DNA from: a bacterium
GTDB taxonomy: Archaea > Thermoplasmatota > E2 > JACPAO01 > JAHFTW01
Direction of reading: 5' to 3'
NCBI GenBank assembly: GCA_040390065.1
Contig: JAZJZE010000011.1
Location: 1 to 64,000, forward strand
Length of the DNA stretch: 64,000 bases
Positions 50,910 to 61,106 of the stretch are shown here, one piece after another. The position numbers were made by a program, and so were the translations under genes. Position 1 is the stretch's first letter; every line of letters starts with the position of its first letter. The notes under the pieces are model-generated. The model was not told where the DNA came from and did not search any database. It saw nothing but the letters and a program-made list of their open reading frames with translations.

Positions 50910-51938
50910 CTACGCGGGACCCGGGATTGCCCAGGCACGTTCATGCCCATCATCTGAGGTATTTCGGGCGAAGAACACCTGTGCATCGAAGTCATAGCCG
51001 TGGCCGTCGAGGTCCATGGGTCGCAGGATACCCCGTGCCCGTCGCACGACGTCGGCAAACACGTCCTTCATCTCGCCGCGGATGCGTCCCCATTCCGTTT
51101 CAGGGTCGACGGATAGCGCCATGAGACAGGAAAGGTCCGACGCGAACTTGCGCAAGAGGAACGCCAAGCGCCCCTCGGCCTCGTGCCGGTCGCGAAGTTC
51201 GAAAAAGCCTGTTTCTAGTGCGGTGATGAGTGCAAGGGCGATAAGGGACTCCGTGAAGACCCCGTGGAAGACGACGTAGGCGGACCGGCGGTCGTCGGCT
51301 TGGCCGGTGATGGCGGATGCGCGCACCTGGTCCCATGGGGCAGGGTCCGGGAACATAGACGAGAAGAGTGTGTGGCCGCATTGGTGGGCTACGTCCTCCG
51401 TGAGGCCGGGAACGGACACGTGCTTGGGGAGGCTCAGGAACGATATGCCGTGCAGGGCCTCCGTTGCGAATGACCGCAGCCGCTCCTGCCGGGAGAATAC
51501 GAATCCCCGCGTCGTCGCCTGCAAGAGGCGCCAGTAGGCCGGGACAAGAGCCTCAAGGGCATTCAGGGCCTTTGCGAGCGTGGCCATAGCTGCCTCGTCG
51601 TGGACGACCTCCAAAAGCACGGATTGGTCCTCCTCGGGGGTGTACGTCTGGAGCAGCAAATCCATTGCGGTGTACACCGTGAAGTCGCGGATCTCGGCCC
51701 TGCCGTCTCTGGTCGGGGCGAGCACGGAACGCTCGATGGCCCGGCCTGGCTCCGGCTGCCGGGCTGCTGCAAGGAGAAGGGGGTGGAGGAACGCGGCGTC
51801 GTCTGAAAAGTCGAGCCGCGCGAAGGCGTCGGGGGCCATCCGGTAGACGAGGATGCGATGCTGCATCGACCGCTGGTGTTGCCCGAGGAGGGCACGTTCT
51901 TGCCAGTGCGGCCAATCGAGTTCAACGCGGCGGGTCAT
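50910..51938 (-). CDS. HExxH-type (aKG-HExxH-like) peptide modification enzyme, HQCGH variant
   Basis: SFATEALHGISFL, EDVAHQCGHTLF and DDRRSAYVVFHGVFTE follow the family layout; lies directly downstream of a precursor-like ORF. Confidence 0.8.
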   Translation of the reverse strand: MTRRVELDWPHWQERALLGQHQRSMQHRILVYRMAPDAFARLDFSDDAAFLHPLLLAAARQPEPGRAIERSVLAPTRDGRAEIRDFTVYTAMDLLLQTYTPEEDQSVLLEVVHDEAAMATLAKALNALEALVPAYWRLLQATTRGFVFSRQERLRSFATEALHGISFLSLPKHVSVPGLTEDVAHQCGHTLFSSMFPDPAPWDQVRASAITGQADDRRSAYVVFHGVFTESLIALALITALETGFFELRDRHEAEGRLAFLLRKFASDLSCLMALSVDPETEWGRIRGEMKDVFADVVRRARGILRPMDLDGHGYDFDAQVFFARNTSDDGHERAWAIPGPA

Positions 51939-51962
51939 GCGAAAGGCACCACCTAGATCGGC

Positions 51963-52223
51963 CTAGCGGGACAGCTCCTTGGGCGTGACTGGGCCGCGCA
52001 GCGCCATCATGGCATCGAGCTTCTGGAACACCGGCACGAGCTCGGGAATCCAGATTCCGGTGGCCTGGTAGAAGCAGTTGTGGCAGCCAGAGTAGCTTCC
52101 GCCAGTGATGCGGGTCATCAGCTTGTTGACATCAGCCGAGCCGGCCTTGCGCAGGAACTCGTCGAGCGACATCGTTTGCGCCTTGTGCGGCGTTTCGGGC
52201 TTCATGGTGGTTGAGTACGTCAT
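51963..52223 (-). CDS. Putative RiPP precursor peptide with double-glycine leader
   Basis: MSLDEFLRKAGSADVNKLMTRITGG|SYSGCHNCFYQ...; alternative starts at 52205 and 52172. Confidence 0.75.
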   Translation of the reverse strand: MTYSTTMKPETPHKAQTMSLDEFLRKAGSADVNKLMTRITGGSYSGCHNCFYQATGIWIPELVPVFQKLDAMMALRGPVTPKELSR

Positions 52224-52351
52224 TCTTTCAGTTCTCCATGTGCGCTCATCCAGGCCCCGGGATGCCCAGCCGAGCACGGAAGCACATGAATTGGGGGCGG
52301 GAGTTAGGCCTTGGGCGTGTGGAAAAATTACAAAAGTCCCAACCTAACCAA

Positions 52352-52368
52352 TTTCATTAAATATGAAA
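52352..52368 (-). promoter_or_regulatory. AT-rich palindrome / candidate promoter-operator of the RiPP locus
   Basis: TTTCAT-TAAAT-ATGAAA within an unusually AT-rich patch about 130 bp upstream of the precursor. Confidence 0.5.
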
Positions 52369-52611
52369 CTCCGGGCGAAGAATCACGCCGCTCGCCCGAA
52401 CTCCTGCTTCGCAATTTCCGGACCAGCAAGGCCACGCTGAATGATGCGCGCCCACGCGACGCAGGCGTCATGGATCCATCGGAGCAGGCCGCCAGCGGTC
52501 CACGCACGATGCCGTAATGGATTGTGTGCTCCAGCCAAATTCGGCCTCGGGGGGAGGTTCGGCCGGGAACCCTCTACCCTATTGTGGCGATTTCCCCTCT
52601 GCCACCTGAGC

Positions 52612-53294
52612 ATGAGGCTGTCATCCGACGAGAGCAAGGTCTTGCAGGCGCTGCTCCAGTCCTATCGTACTGATGCCAAGTGGCCCTCCTTTGGCGGCCT
52701 GCACCGCCGCCTTGCGCTCCAGCTCGACGGCGAGCTCGGCGACGTAGTATCGTCATTGCTTCGAAAGGTTGGCCAACCCGAAGTGCGCTTCGAGTGGGGG
52801 GACTTGGTCCGTTTGCCCCCCGGGCCATCTTGATGGACGAACATGTCGAGCAGACCTACAGCGTTCTGCTCCGAGCACTACCACTTCTGAAGGATTTCTA
52901 CCTACGAGCGAACGAAAAGCCAAGGGTCACCCATCAATACTTCTTGGACATGGGATGGAGTCAGTGCGATGTTTGGCGGCTCCACAACCTCTGCATGTCG
53001 CAGCGATTCTGGTCCGACATGGGCTCCACTCCGGAGACCGGTACCTGGGTGATGGATCTCACGCCGGAGATTACGAGATACGCAAAGGCCGGCTCGGCAA
53101 AGGAACTCTGGGGCTGGCTTGCGAAAGATGAGCGGAAGTGGAGGAAGCGCGCCCGTCGGCCGGACACGGGCCCTTTGGGGCAGCCTACCAAGGCCGGCCG
53201 TGAGTGGATGGCCCATTACATCGTGCCGTTGATACTTGGTGTGCTCGGCGCCGTCATCGCTGGCGCCATCTTGTGGCGACTCGGATTGCACTAG
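52612..53294 (+). pseudogene. Probably frameshifted gene with C-terminal TM helix
   Basis: ORFs 52612-52833 and 52833-53294 join (LVRLPPRAILMDEH) if one C is added to the C6 run at 52816-52821. Confidence 0.55.
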
Positions 53295-53442
53295 GGCCGC
53301 CATGACGGCCCGCCACAGCGCGAGACGAAGCCGAGCCCGCAATCACCCGTGGTGGCTTGTGACACGGCCCCGGGTTTGCGGCAGGTCCCTAACAATCTCC
53401 GAGGCGGGACATCACACAGAAAAGCCTCTTGCGCCACACCCC

Positions 53443-53757
53443 ATGACAACCCCGATGCCCACTCCAAATGCGCCACGCTTCAACGCAGCTGCGGGGGCCC
53501 TTCACACGGCCATCGCGCAACTTGCCGGATTCATGGCGCAGCGCCCAATCTCGGAAGCGTCATTCCAGACGCCATCAAATCCCGAGGGGCAGACAAGTCC
53601 CCGCCTGCGGGCCGCTGCGGAGCTTACCCAAATCCTGTTGGAAATTCCCCAAATCAACGGGCCAGCCATGGGCGAAAGAGAGGGAATTGAAACGCTGGGA
53701 AACCTGTTCGTGGACGTGGGGGAAATTCTTCAACGGGTGGGCCCAAACCTGCCCTAG
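53443..53757 (+). CDS. Hypothetical protein
   Basis: Helical-looking ORF (LRAAAELTQILLEIP...LGNLFVDVGEILQ). Confidence 0.45.
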   Translation: MTTPMPTPNAPRFNAAAGALHTAIAQLAGFMAQRPISEASFQTPSNPEGQTSPRLRAAAELTQILLEIPQINGPAMGEREGIETLGNLFVDVGEILQRVGPNLP

Positions 53758-53823
53758 TAGGTAATCCCGTTTAGACGGAGCCAGGCGTGGATTGTGGACC
53801 TTTTGCGAACCTTTCGTGGTTCG

Positions 53824-55308
53824 CTAGGCCTTTTCCGAAAGAGCCGCGACCGTCTCCTTGGCAATTTCAAGCATTTTCCTGGCGTCCGTCTGGCTGCTGG
53901 TTTCTCCGTGCAGGATGGAGTTACGTTTCCGGTTGTAGGCGATAATCTTGGCGGCCGTCGCCGGAGGAAGCCACCCTGCGATTTCCAGGCCGCCTGCCAT
54001 TTGGACCGTTTGCCAGGCTGCGTCTGACTTGGTGCCTTGCGCGCCCGTCGCCTTGCGGAGAAGGCCTTCCCAGGATTCGTTGAGGCGGCGCTCCACGACC
54101 GTCCACGCCAGGAAGAACGCCTGGCGCCATTCCTCGTCGTCCAAGTGGCTCTCCGCTTCCAGGAGCGCGACATGCCAAGCTGCCGCTGGGTCACTGAGGC
54201 TTGCCGACGCTTTGCGAAAGGCGGTCGCCACGGTGGTCTTGGATATCCAGGCGCTTCCAAGCCAAACCCGTTCGGCGACCTTGACTGGCGGGCGATCCTG
54301 CGGGACGAAACCCCATGACGAGTACTCAATGGGTCCCGTGGAGTTCCTGCGCACAATAAACGGCGCTAGGTCTTGCGGCCTAAGATGCGCAGTCTTGTGG
54401 TCACCTCGGCGCAGGTGAACGCAGACGAGGTTGAGAAAGCGCTGCGCCTTCTTCTTGTCGGCACACTCGATACCGATGCTTCCCTCTTATGTCGCAAAGG
54501 CCGCGCCCAGTGGCGTCTTCACCTCGACGATTCTAGTGCCAGGACTCCCGCTCGTGAAAGGGCCCCACAACAGTTCTGCCATCGTCGAGGCAGGATGCTT
54601 TCCGATGTTGCAAGGCGGGTAAAGTCGGCTGGCATATCCGCTGGGAGGCGGCTCGACGTAAGGAACGGGCGGGGTCGGGATCGTTTGCCGGACTTCGCGT
54701 AGGTAGTGGCGCCGCCGTTCCCGGTTGCCTCGTGCCTCGCGGAAAAATTGGTCAACAAAATCAGCAGGATTTCTTTGCAGCAGGTACCCGTGGAATACGA
54801 CAGAGCCGTGGTTCGCATCCCACCCCTGTAGGTACAAGGCCGAGTCTTCGCGAGACGGATTCATGAGGTGCACGCGAAGGGTATCGAAAATGCTGCCAAT
54901 CTGCCGGGCGAGGTGGTCGCTTAGGCGCCCCCTGCTCGTGGGATCCCGGACCGAGAAGACCGGACCACGCCGCTTGAGCTTGACCGGCCATTGGAACCAG
55001 GGTTCCGCATACAATTCCTCGAGAACCCGTTGGAGGTCCTTGGGCTCGAATGGCCCCCAACTGTAGGTCACGCCATCTGAAAGGCTTGGCCAATGCATGG
55101 CAACGACAAAGTGAAACTCCGTGTCTGGCCAGCTTCTCATCCACAGGTGGGCAAACTGGGTCGGGCGGCCAAGCCGCTGTGATACGTGAACCAAGCGTCG
55201 GACGGGGGCGTCCTCGCTGCGGGCCCGCTTCCGGTACTCCTCGATGAGGCGAGCAAACCATGCAAGCGCTCGCGCATCTTGGCGAGGCACTGGTTTCTCA
55301 TCCACCAT
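53824..55308 (-). pseudogene. HEPN-domain (ApeA-like) protein interrupted by one in-frame TAA
   Basis: Both ORF halves share a frame and the intervening codons are open; the only stop is at 54487-54489; C-terminal AWTVVE...RNSILHG (Rx4H). Confidence 0.7.
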
Positions 55309-55785
55309 GTCGCGGACGCCATGCCCATTGAAAACAGGGCGCTTGGAGCACGGCACTGGTGTTAGATTGTCGAAGCCGCGCTAGAAGCGTGGGCGGCCGA
55401 CGAAAAATCGGCGAGGAAGTGCGGGTGGGCGCGTCGTCGCGATGGGCAGGGTCCCTTTTTGGATCGGTGCCCTCGTGAAATCCCCTCATGGCTTGCGCCG
55501 CCCACCACTAGGCGGGCGAGGCCGTTCATTCCTTGGGCTGTGCGGCTAGATGCCAGCACAAACCCTCGCTTCCCCTGAGCCGGTCGCGGCGATGGGTTCG
55601 CTTCGTTTCGGCAATGGAATGCCGGGGCTACTTTGGATAGATTGGGCCCATTCATCACGCGCTTTCCCTCCTGTCGGTTCGGCCTGCCGTCTACTGGGTC
55701 ACGTTGCCCAGGCGTTGGACGTGCCTTACCAATCCATCGTCCTGACGAGAAACCGAAAGAGGGGCAGAGGGCTCGAACCGAGGCG

Positions 55786-56109
55786 TCACAGGTTCCGCGT
55801 GTCAACTGTGGTGTGCCCCACGTTGGCCGACGCGTAGCAAAGGCCGTCTCCAAAGCTGTTCTGCGTGCAGTAGACGGTAGCCCCGAAGCCCGTGTACGGC
55901 TGGCAGGGAACAGGGGCGTCCAAGCAGTCCGGGTAGCGCACACAGCCACTCAGTTCGCTTCCGGGCAAGACCCAGCAGGCAGGGTACCCGGACGAGCCGT
56001 CGTTGCCGCACGCGTCGGAGCGGAACGCGCACACCCCCGTGTCGGCGGAGACGGTCGGGACAACGGCAAGGGCCGCGAGCAGGAGTATGCCGGCAAGGAT
56101 GGGTCGCAT
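55786..56109 (-). CDS. Secreted Cys-rich mini-protein, copy 2 (8 Cys)
   Basis: Signal peptide; mature region nearly identical to copy 3. Confidence 0.85.
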   Translation of the reverse strand: MRPILAGILLLAALAVVPTVSADTGVCAFRSDACGNDGSSGYPACWVLPGSELSGCVRYPDCLDAPVPCQPYTGFGATVYCTQNSFGDGLCYASANVGHTTVDTRNL

Positions 56110-56250
56110 CAGGGACACCAAGCCAGGCAAGGCTGCCCGTTCGACATCCTTTGTGGAGAAAAAACCGGCATGCCGGAGCCGTAACGCGCCAGCCGCGGCC
56201 CGACGAGGCCGACTTGGAAGGTGTGCCTGAAGTCAGCCCCGCGGGAGTCG

Positions 56251-57558
56251 TCAGCGAACGCCCGCAAGGCCCCAATAGACATCCTGATCGTCGGTTGCCC
56301 AGACGACGTGGTCGCTTCCGTCTGGCCCGATCGCGACTTGCAGGAAGTCCCCGAGCGGGGGCGTGCCGCCGCATGAGGAGTAGCCCGTCGTGCAGATGAC
56401 CTTCGTGGAGACGGGCTCGTCTGTCATGGCCAGCCTCGTGATGGCCGGCGTGATGGAGGCGGCATCCAGGATGTCCACCAGGTAAGGTCGCCAAGGGCCC
56501 TTCACCTTGTTGGGGTCGCCGGGATGCCCGGGCGCGGCGTAGAACGCAACGGCTGCGTGGCCCGCCGCGGCGGCGGCGATCCAGGGGCTGGCGGCCGCGC
56601 CGCCCGGGTCCGAGACGCGCACCGGCGCCATCCAGGTTGCACCATGGTCGGAGCTCGCGGAATAGAACACCTGGGCGTTGCCGTCCTTGAGCTCGGCCCA
56701 GGTGGCGTATAGGTTGTTGGCGGCGTCGGCAGCGACGGATACGAACGTGTAGTCCGTGGGGTTCGTCGTATCGAGGACCTTGGCCGCAACGAACGTCTGG
56801 CCCGCGTCCCGGCTTACATAGGCGTTGACCCCGTCGCCGTTGTTGCCGACGACGATTGTGCCGTCGGGCGCGATGGCGATGCCACTGGCCCCAGCAGGCG
56901 GCGCTTCGACCACGGGCGTCTGTTGCGCGAAGGTGAGGCCGCCGTCCGTCGACACGGCGACCCAGAGCTGCGTGATGGCGCCGACGAAGTTGAGTTGGCT
57001 GATCCATGTCACCGCGACGAGATCACCCTCGCCGGCGGCAACCCATTCCCTGTCTCCCCAGGGGACTGCGAGCGCGGCTGCATTGCGGACCAGCCAGGTT
57101 CGTCCTGCGTCGTTCGACCTCGACACGGTCACCGATGCCAGGGTCAGGTCGACGAAGTACGCGGTCCCTTGCGGGCTGACGGCCAAGTCGCCTTCCATGC
57201 CATACGGTAGGTTGCTGACGCCGGTGGCCGCGTCCACGGGTTCGACCTCGGCGAAGCCGGTCCCGTTGTGCGCCACCCATAGCCGGCTCGATTGGACACC
57301 GTCGACGCCGCGCTCCTGATGCAGGCCTTCGGCCGCCGTGACGTAGATTGTCCCGTCGGGCCCGACCTTGACGCTCGGTTCAAAGCCGACGCCGGCCTGG
57401 TTGACTTTGAGGTTGGCCAGCACCGAGAGGACGCGCCCCGGTACGATGGGGTCGATAGCTGGCGCGTCCGGCACGGTGGGCGCCGCAGGGCCGCGGCCCG
57501 GCTGGACGCAGCCAGCCAGAACGATGAGCGCTAGCAGGAGAACGGCCGAATGGCGCAT
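56251..57558 (-). CDS. BNR/Asp-box (sialidase-like) lipoprotein
   Basis: Lipobox LAGC; SNDAGRTW, STDGGLTF, SRDAGQTF, SSDHGATW. Confidence 0.88.
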   Translation of the reverse strand: MRHSAVLLLALIVLAGCVQPGRGPAAPTVPDAPAIDPIVPGRVLSVLANLKVNQAGVGFEPSVKVGPDGTIYVTAAEGLHQERGVDGVQSSRLWVAHNGTGFAEVEPVDAATGVSNLPYGMEGDLAVSPQGTAYFVDLTLASVTVSRSNDAGRTWLVRNAAALAVPWGDREWVAAGEGDLVAVTWISQLNFVGAITQLWVAVSTDGGLTFAQQTPVVEAPPAGASGIAIAPDGTIVVGNNGDGVNAYVSRDAGQTFVAAKVLDTTNPTDYTFVSVAADAANNLYATWAELKDGNAQVFYSASSDHGATWMAPVRVSDPGGAAASPWIAAAAAGHAAVAFYAAPGHPGDPNKVKGPWRPYLVDILDAASITPAITRLAMTDEPVSTKVICTTGYSSCGGTPPLGDFLQVAIGPDGSDHVVWATDDQDVYWGLAGVR

Positions 57559-57667
57559 GCGAGTCAAGGCGATCATGTCCATCACCGGCTCGGCCCTTAA
57601 GGGGAGCTTGGAGAGATTGTTGGCATGAGGGACGAGAACTCGGAAAAGCAAAAGAACCCGTCCCCGA

Positions 57668-59326
57668 GTGTTCGCCGTCGTGGCCGACCGACCGTCCCGG
57701 CATTCTGCGGTCTGGCCGTGCCTCATCCTCCTGCTTTTGACGGGCTGCGCGGCGGCAGTGCCGCTTGCAACCACGGCAGGTCGCGACATGGACCCGCCCG
57801 GAAGCGAGAGGGGCGAGGCGCCGGCCAATGCCACGCAGCGGACGCCCCACCGCTCAGCGTCGGCTGTGGAGGTGACCTTCGATGACACGAACTACTTGGC
57901 CACGCAACACGTCACCCTTTCCAACGATTACGGCGGCGCCCCGGCGGCCCGCGTGCACCTGGCCACGCCCCGCGGTGGCGTGATGGCGCGGCCTGGCCAA
58001 CGTAATGCGTACGAAGTCGAGGCGGTCCTGCACGCGCGAGGCCCCACCGAACAATCGGCGCGCAACCAAATCGCCGCCATGCACGTCGTGGCGCGCGACC
58101 GCCTGGGCCAAGGAAAGCTGTTCCTTGACGTCGACGTGGAATTGGCGGCCGCCAAGTCCGATTTCCCCTGGGATGCCCTGGACACCTTGGGCGGCACGCC
58201 CAGGTGGGCCGATATCGTTGCCACGTTGCCCGCCGAAGCGGACCATGACCTCGATGCGCAGACGACCGACGACGCCCTGGCTGTGACTGGGCTGCGTGGG
58301 CAGTACCTCGATTTGCAGACGACGACGGGTCGGCTCGCGGTTGACGGCCAATGGGCGGCAGCCCGTCTGCGAACCACCTATGGCGACCTCGACTTGAGTG
58401 GGGAGTACTCCGAGGCGTCAGCCACAACTGAACGGGGCAGCATTTTCGTGCGCGGCACCTACGGCGACTTCCAGGCGGTGAGCCAAAGCGGCGAGATCCG
58501 CGGCACGGTGCACCCACAAGACGGTGCCCGCCACGCCCTTTCCACCGAGGATGGACCCATCCACTGGGACCTCGAGCAGACTCCCCTGTTTGGACTCAAC
58601 CTGACCGCCGCCTCTTCGCGCGGCCAGGCACAACTGAGCGTGGCCGGCGTGGCGACGCAGGGTCAGGGCGAGTTGCACCAAGCCGTCCATGCCGACGCGT
58701 GGCAGGTGGTGACGGTCCAGGCCTCAAGTGACCGCGGCGACGTCGTCCTCAGCGCACCCGCCGTCGTGGCTGTCGGGAACAGGCCGTTCGACTTGCAGGT
58801 CGGGACGGCGTTGCTCGGCCTCGGGGCCATCGCCGTCGCCGCGAAGCTGTTCGGCGGACGCCTCCTCGCACTGTTCACCCGTCTCGACACGAACCAGGTC
58901 CTCAACCACCGGCGGCGGCAAGCCATCATGGACCACGTCACGGAAAATCCTGGGCGATCCTTTAGCGACCTGCGCCGCGACATCGGGCTGCCCAACGGCG
59001 TCCTGGTCCATCACCTTCGCGTCCTCGCGGCCCATGGGCTGCTTGTCTCGAAGGGCCGCGGCAACCGCCGGTGCTATTATGCACCGCGGGCCGCCGTCCA
59101 TCCGTACCTGACGACGGTCCAGGCCAGGATCCTGGCCGCCCTGGATGCTGAACCAGGCATCACCCAACAGGAGCTTCGTGACCGCGTCGGCATCCCGCGT
59201 GGCACGCTCGGATACCATCTCGGCGTCCTCCGAGACGCGGGCCTGCTGCATGAAGCCAAGAAAGGCCGCTTTACGCGATACGCGCCCACTGCGCCGAATG
59301 CCGTGGACAACGCAAAGCCCTCGTAA
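57668..59326 (+). CDS. Membrane-tethered regulator: DUF4097-like beta-solenoid ectodomain + TM + tandem winged helix
   Basis: LTGC lipobox; TTTG/TTYG/TERG/SQSG repeats; TM, then LFTRL...RRQAIMDHVTENPG and EPGITQQEL HTH units. Confidence 0.85.
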   Translation: MFAVVADRPSRHSAVWPCLILLLLTGCAAAVPLATTAGRDMDPPGSERGEAPANATQRTPHRSASAVEVTFDDTNYLATQHVTLSNDYGGAPAARVHLATPRGGVMARPGQRNAYEVEAVLHARGPTEQSARNQIAAMHVVARDRLGQGKLFLDVDVELAAAKSDFPWDALDTLGGTPRWADIVATLPAEADHDLDAQTTDDALAVTGLRGQYLDLQTTTGRLAVDGQWAAARLRTTYGDLDLSGEYSEASATTERGSIFVRGTYGDFQAVSQSGEIRGTVHPQDGARHALSTEDGPIHWDLEQTPLFGLNLTAASSRGQAQLSVAGVATQGQGELHQAVHADAWQVVTVQASSDRGDVVLSAPAVVAVGNRPFDLQVGTALLGLGAIAVAAKLFGGRLLALFTRLDTNQVLNHRRRQAIMDHVTENPGRSFSDLRRDIGLPNGVLVHHLRVLAAHGLLVSKGRGNRRCYYAPRAAVHPYLTTVQARILAALDAEPGITQQELRDRVGIPRGTLGYHLGVLRDAGLLHEAKKGRFTRYAPTAPNAVDNAKPS

Positions 59327-59436
59327 CCCAGGCGACCGCCGCGAGGCCGGCCGACAGGCCGAACTCCGCTCCACGCTCCCTATGTTGCACCTCAGCGTCC
59401 GTCACAAGCAGGGCTACCTGCCCCAGAAGATTCCCC

Positions 59437-60726
59437 ATGAACATCCGCGTTCTTGCTGCCCTTGCAATCCTTCTCGCCGGCTGCGCCACCACGCAACCGA
59501 CGACGGCACCGACTGACGCGACGCCGGCCACGACCGCGGCGGACCAGGTGGCCAAGGACGTGACGGTCCCGTCCGCTCCATCGACCGGCCCTCGGCCGCC
59601 CACCAGGTTGTATGACGCCTGCGACAAGTTATGCGAACCAAGCGTCACAGTCGACGGCAAGGCTCGACTCGTCGTCACCGAGACCATGCAGCGCAAGGGC
59701 GGGTACCTGGCCGTAATTGACGGAAACGGGACCGTTGCGCGCGTGGCCTACCCTCCCACACCGTCCGGCACGACGGCTGACGCCTTCCAACAGGACAACC
59801 TCGTCCAGACGGATTCCCAAGGCCGTCTCGTGTTCTCCGCAATGGTGTCGGACTGGTTCCCCAATGGCCAGCACGCCTACTTCAACACGGTCGGGCTGCA
59901 AGTCGCCGTATCGCCGGACAGCGGCCGCACCTGGTCCTCCAACGTCCTCGTCACGATCCCGGCCCTCGCGGCGCCGCTGCATGACCGCCAATGGCTGGCC
60001 TTTGGACCGGATAACGTCATGTACCTCGTGTTCCAGCAGATTCCCACCGGCATCTGGGCTGCGCGGTCCGACGATGGCGGCAGCACCTTCCAGACGGCAA
60101 TGCCGGTGGCAACCCATGCCGATCGGCTGTACGTCCGGGCAAGCGGCTTGCCCGCGGTCGACCACGACGGTCGACTCGTTGTTCCGTATTTCGCGGTCCT
60201 CGACCCGACAACGACGGACACGGAAGCCTCAGCTACGGTCAGGATCGCCGTCTCGACGGACAAGGGCCTTACGTTCACGCAGACCATCGTCGCCGTGGAA
60301 CCAAGCGACCACGGAGCCTGGCCCACCGTCGTGGCCGACGATGGCAATGGCCTTCATCTATCCTGGGCGTCGGCGACCGAGGGAGTCTTGGTGGCGCACT
60401 CGGCGGATCATGGCGCCACGTGGACCGCCGCAACTGCCTGGGTGAAGGAAGGTGTCATCCCGGAGCAGACGTGGATGGCGACAACGCCACAGAAGACGCT
60501 CCTGGTGGCGTGGTATGCCAAGGACGGGAACGGCCACGTCCTGCGCCTGGCGCGCGGCGGAGCCAACTACGCGGACCCCCAAGAGGAAGCCATCACGATG
60601 TCCCCGAAGCTCGCGGGCGGACAGCCCTCCACCGACTTCCCAAACTTCACTGTCATGGCGGACGGCACCGTCGCATCGGTCTGGGGGGAGACCGATGCGG
60701 GCGTGACCCTGGGACTTACTCGATAG
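59437..60726 (+). CDS. BNR/Asp-box (sialidase-like) lipoprotein
   Basis: Lipobox LAGC; SPDSGRTW, SDDGGSTF, STDKGLTF, SADHGATW. Confidence 0.88.
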   Translation: MNIRVLAALAILLAGCATTQPTTAPTDATPATTAADQVAKDVTVPSAPSTGPRPPTRLYDACDKLCEPSVTVDGKARLVVTETMQRKGGYLAVIDGNGTVARVAYPPTPSGTTADAFQQDNLVQTDSQGRLVFSAMVSDWFPNGQHAYFNTVGLQVAVSPDSGRTWSSNVLVTIPALAAPLHDRQWLAFGPDNVMYLVFQQIPTGIWAARSDDGGSTFQTAMPVATHADRLYVRASGLPAVDHDGRLVVPYFAVLDPTTTDTEASATVRIAVSTDKGLTFTQTIVAVEPSDHGAWPTVVADDGNGLHLSWASATEGVLVAHSADHGATWTAATAWVKEGVIPEQTWMATTPQKTLLVAWYAKDGNGHVLRLARGGANYADPQEEAITMSPKLAGGQPSTDFPNFTVMADGTVASVWGETDAGVTLGLTR

Positions 60727-60785
60727 GCAACCAAGACCGTTCCAGAAAAAAGGGGGAATGGGGAAGAGGGCTCGAGCTAGAGGCG

Positions 60786-61106
60786 TCACAGGTTCCGCGT
60801 GTCAACCGCGGTGTGCCCCACGTTGGCGGACGCGTAGCAAAGGCCGTCTCCATAGCTGTTCTGCGTACAGTAGACGGTGGCCCCGAAGCCCGTGTACGGC
60901 TGGCATGGAACAGGGGCGTCCAGGCAGTCGGGGTAGCGGACACAGCCGTTCAGCTCGTTTCCGGGCAAGATCCAGCAGGCAGGGTACCCGGACGAGCCGT
61001 CGTTGCCGCACGCGTCGGAGCGGAACGCGCACACCCCCGTGTCTGCGGTAGCGGTCGGGACTGCTGCGGCCAGCAGAAGCAAGGCGTAGACGATGGCGTA
61101 GCGCAT
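60786..61106 (-). CDS. Secreted Cys-rich mini-protein, copy 3 (8 Cys)
   Basis: Signal peptide like copy 1, mature region like copy 2. Confidence 0.85.
   Translation of the reverse strand: MRYAIVYALLLLAAAVPTATADTGVCAFRSDACGNDGSSGYPACWILPGNELNGCVRYPDCLDAPVPCQPYTGFGATVYCTQNSYGDGLCYASANVGHTAVDTRNL

Noticed and set aside
54487-54489. Sec/Pyl recoding of the internal stop
   Set aside because: The codon is TAA, not TGA or TAG
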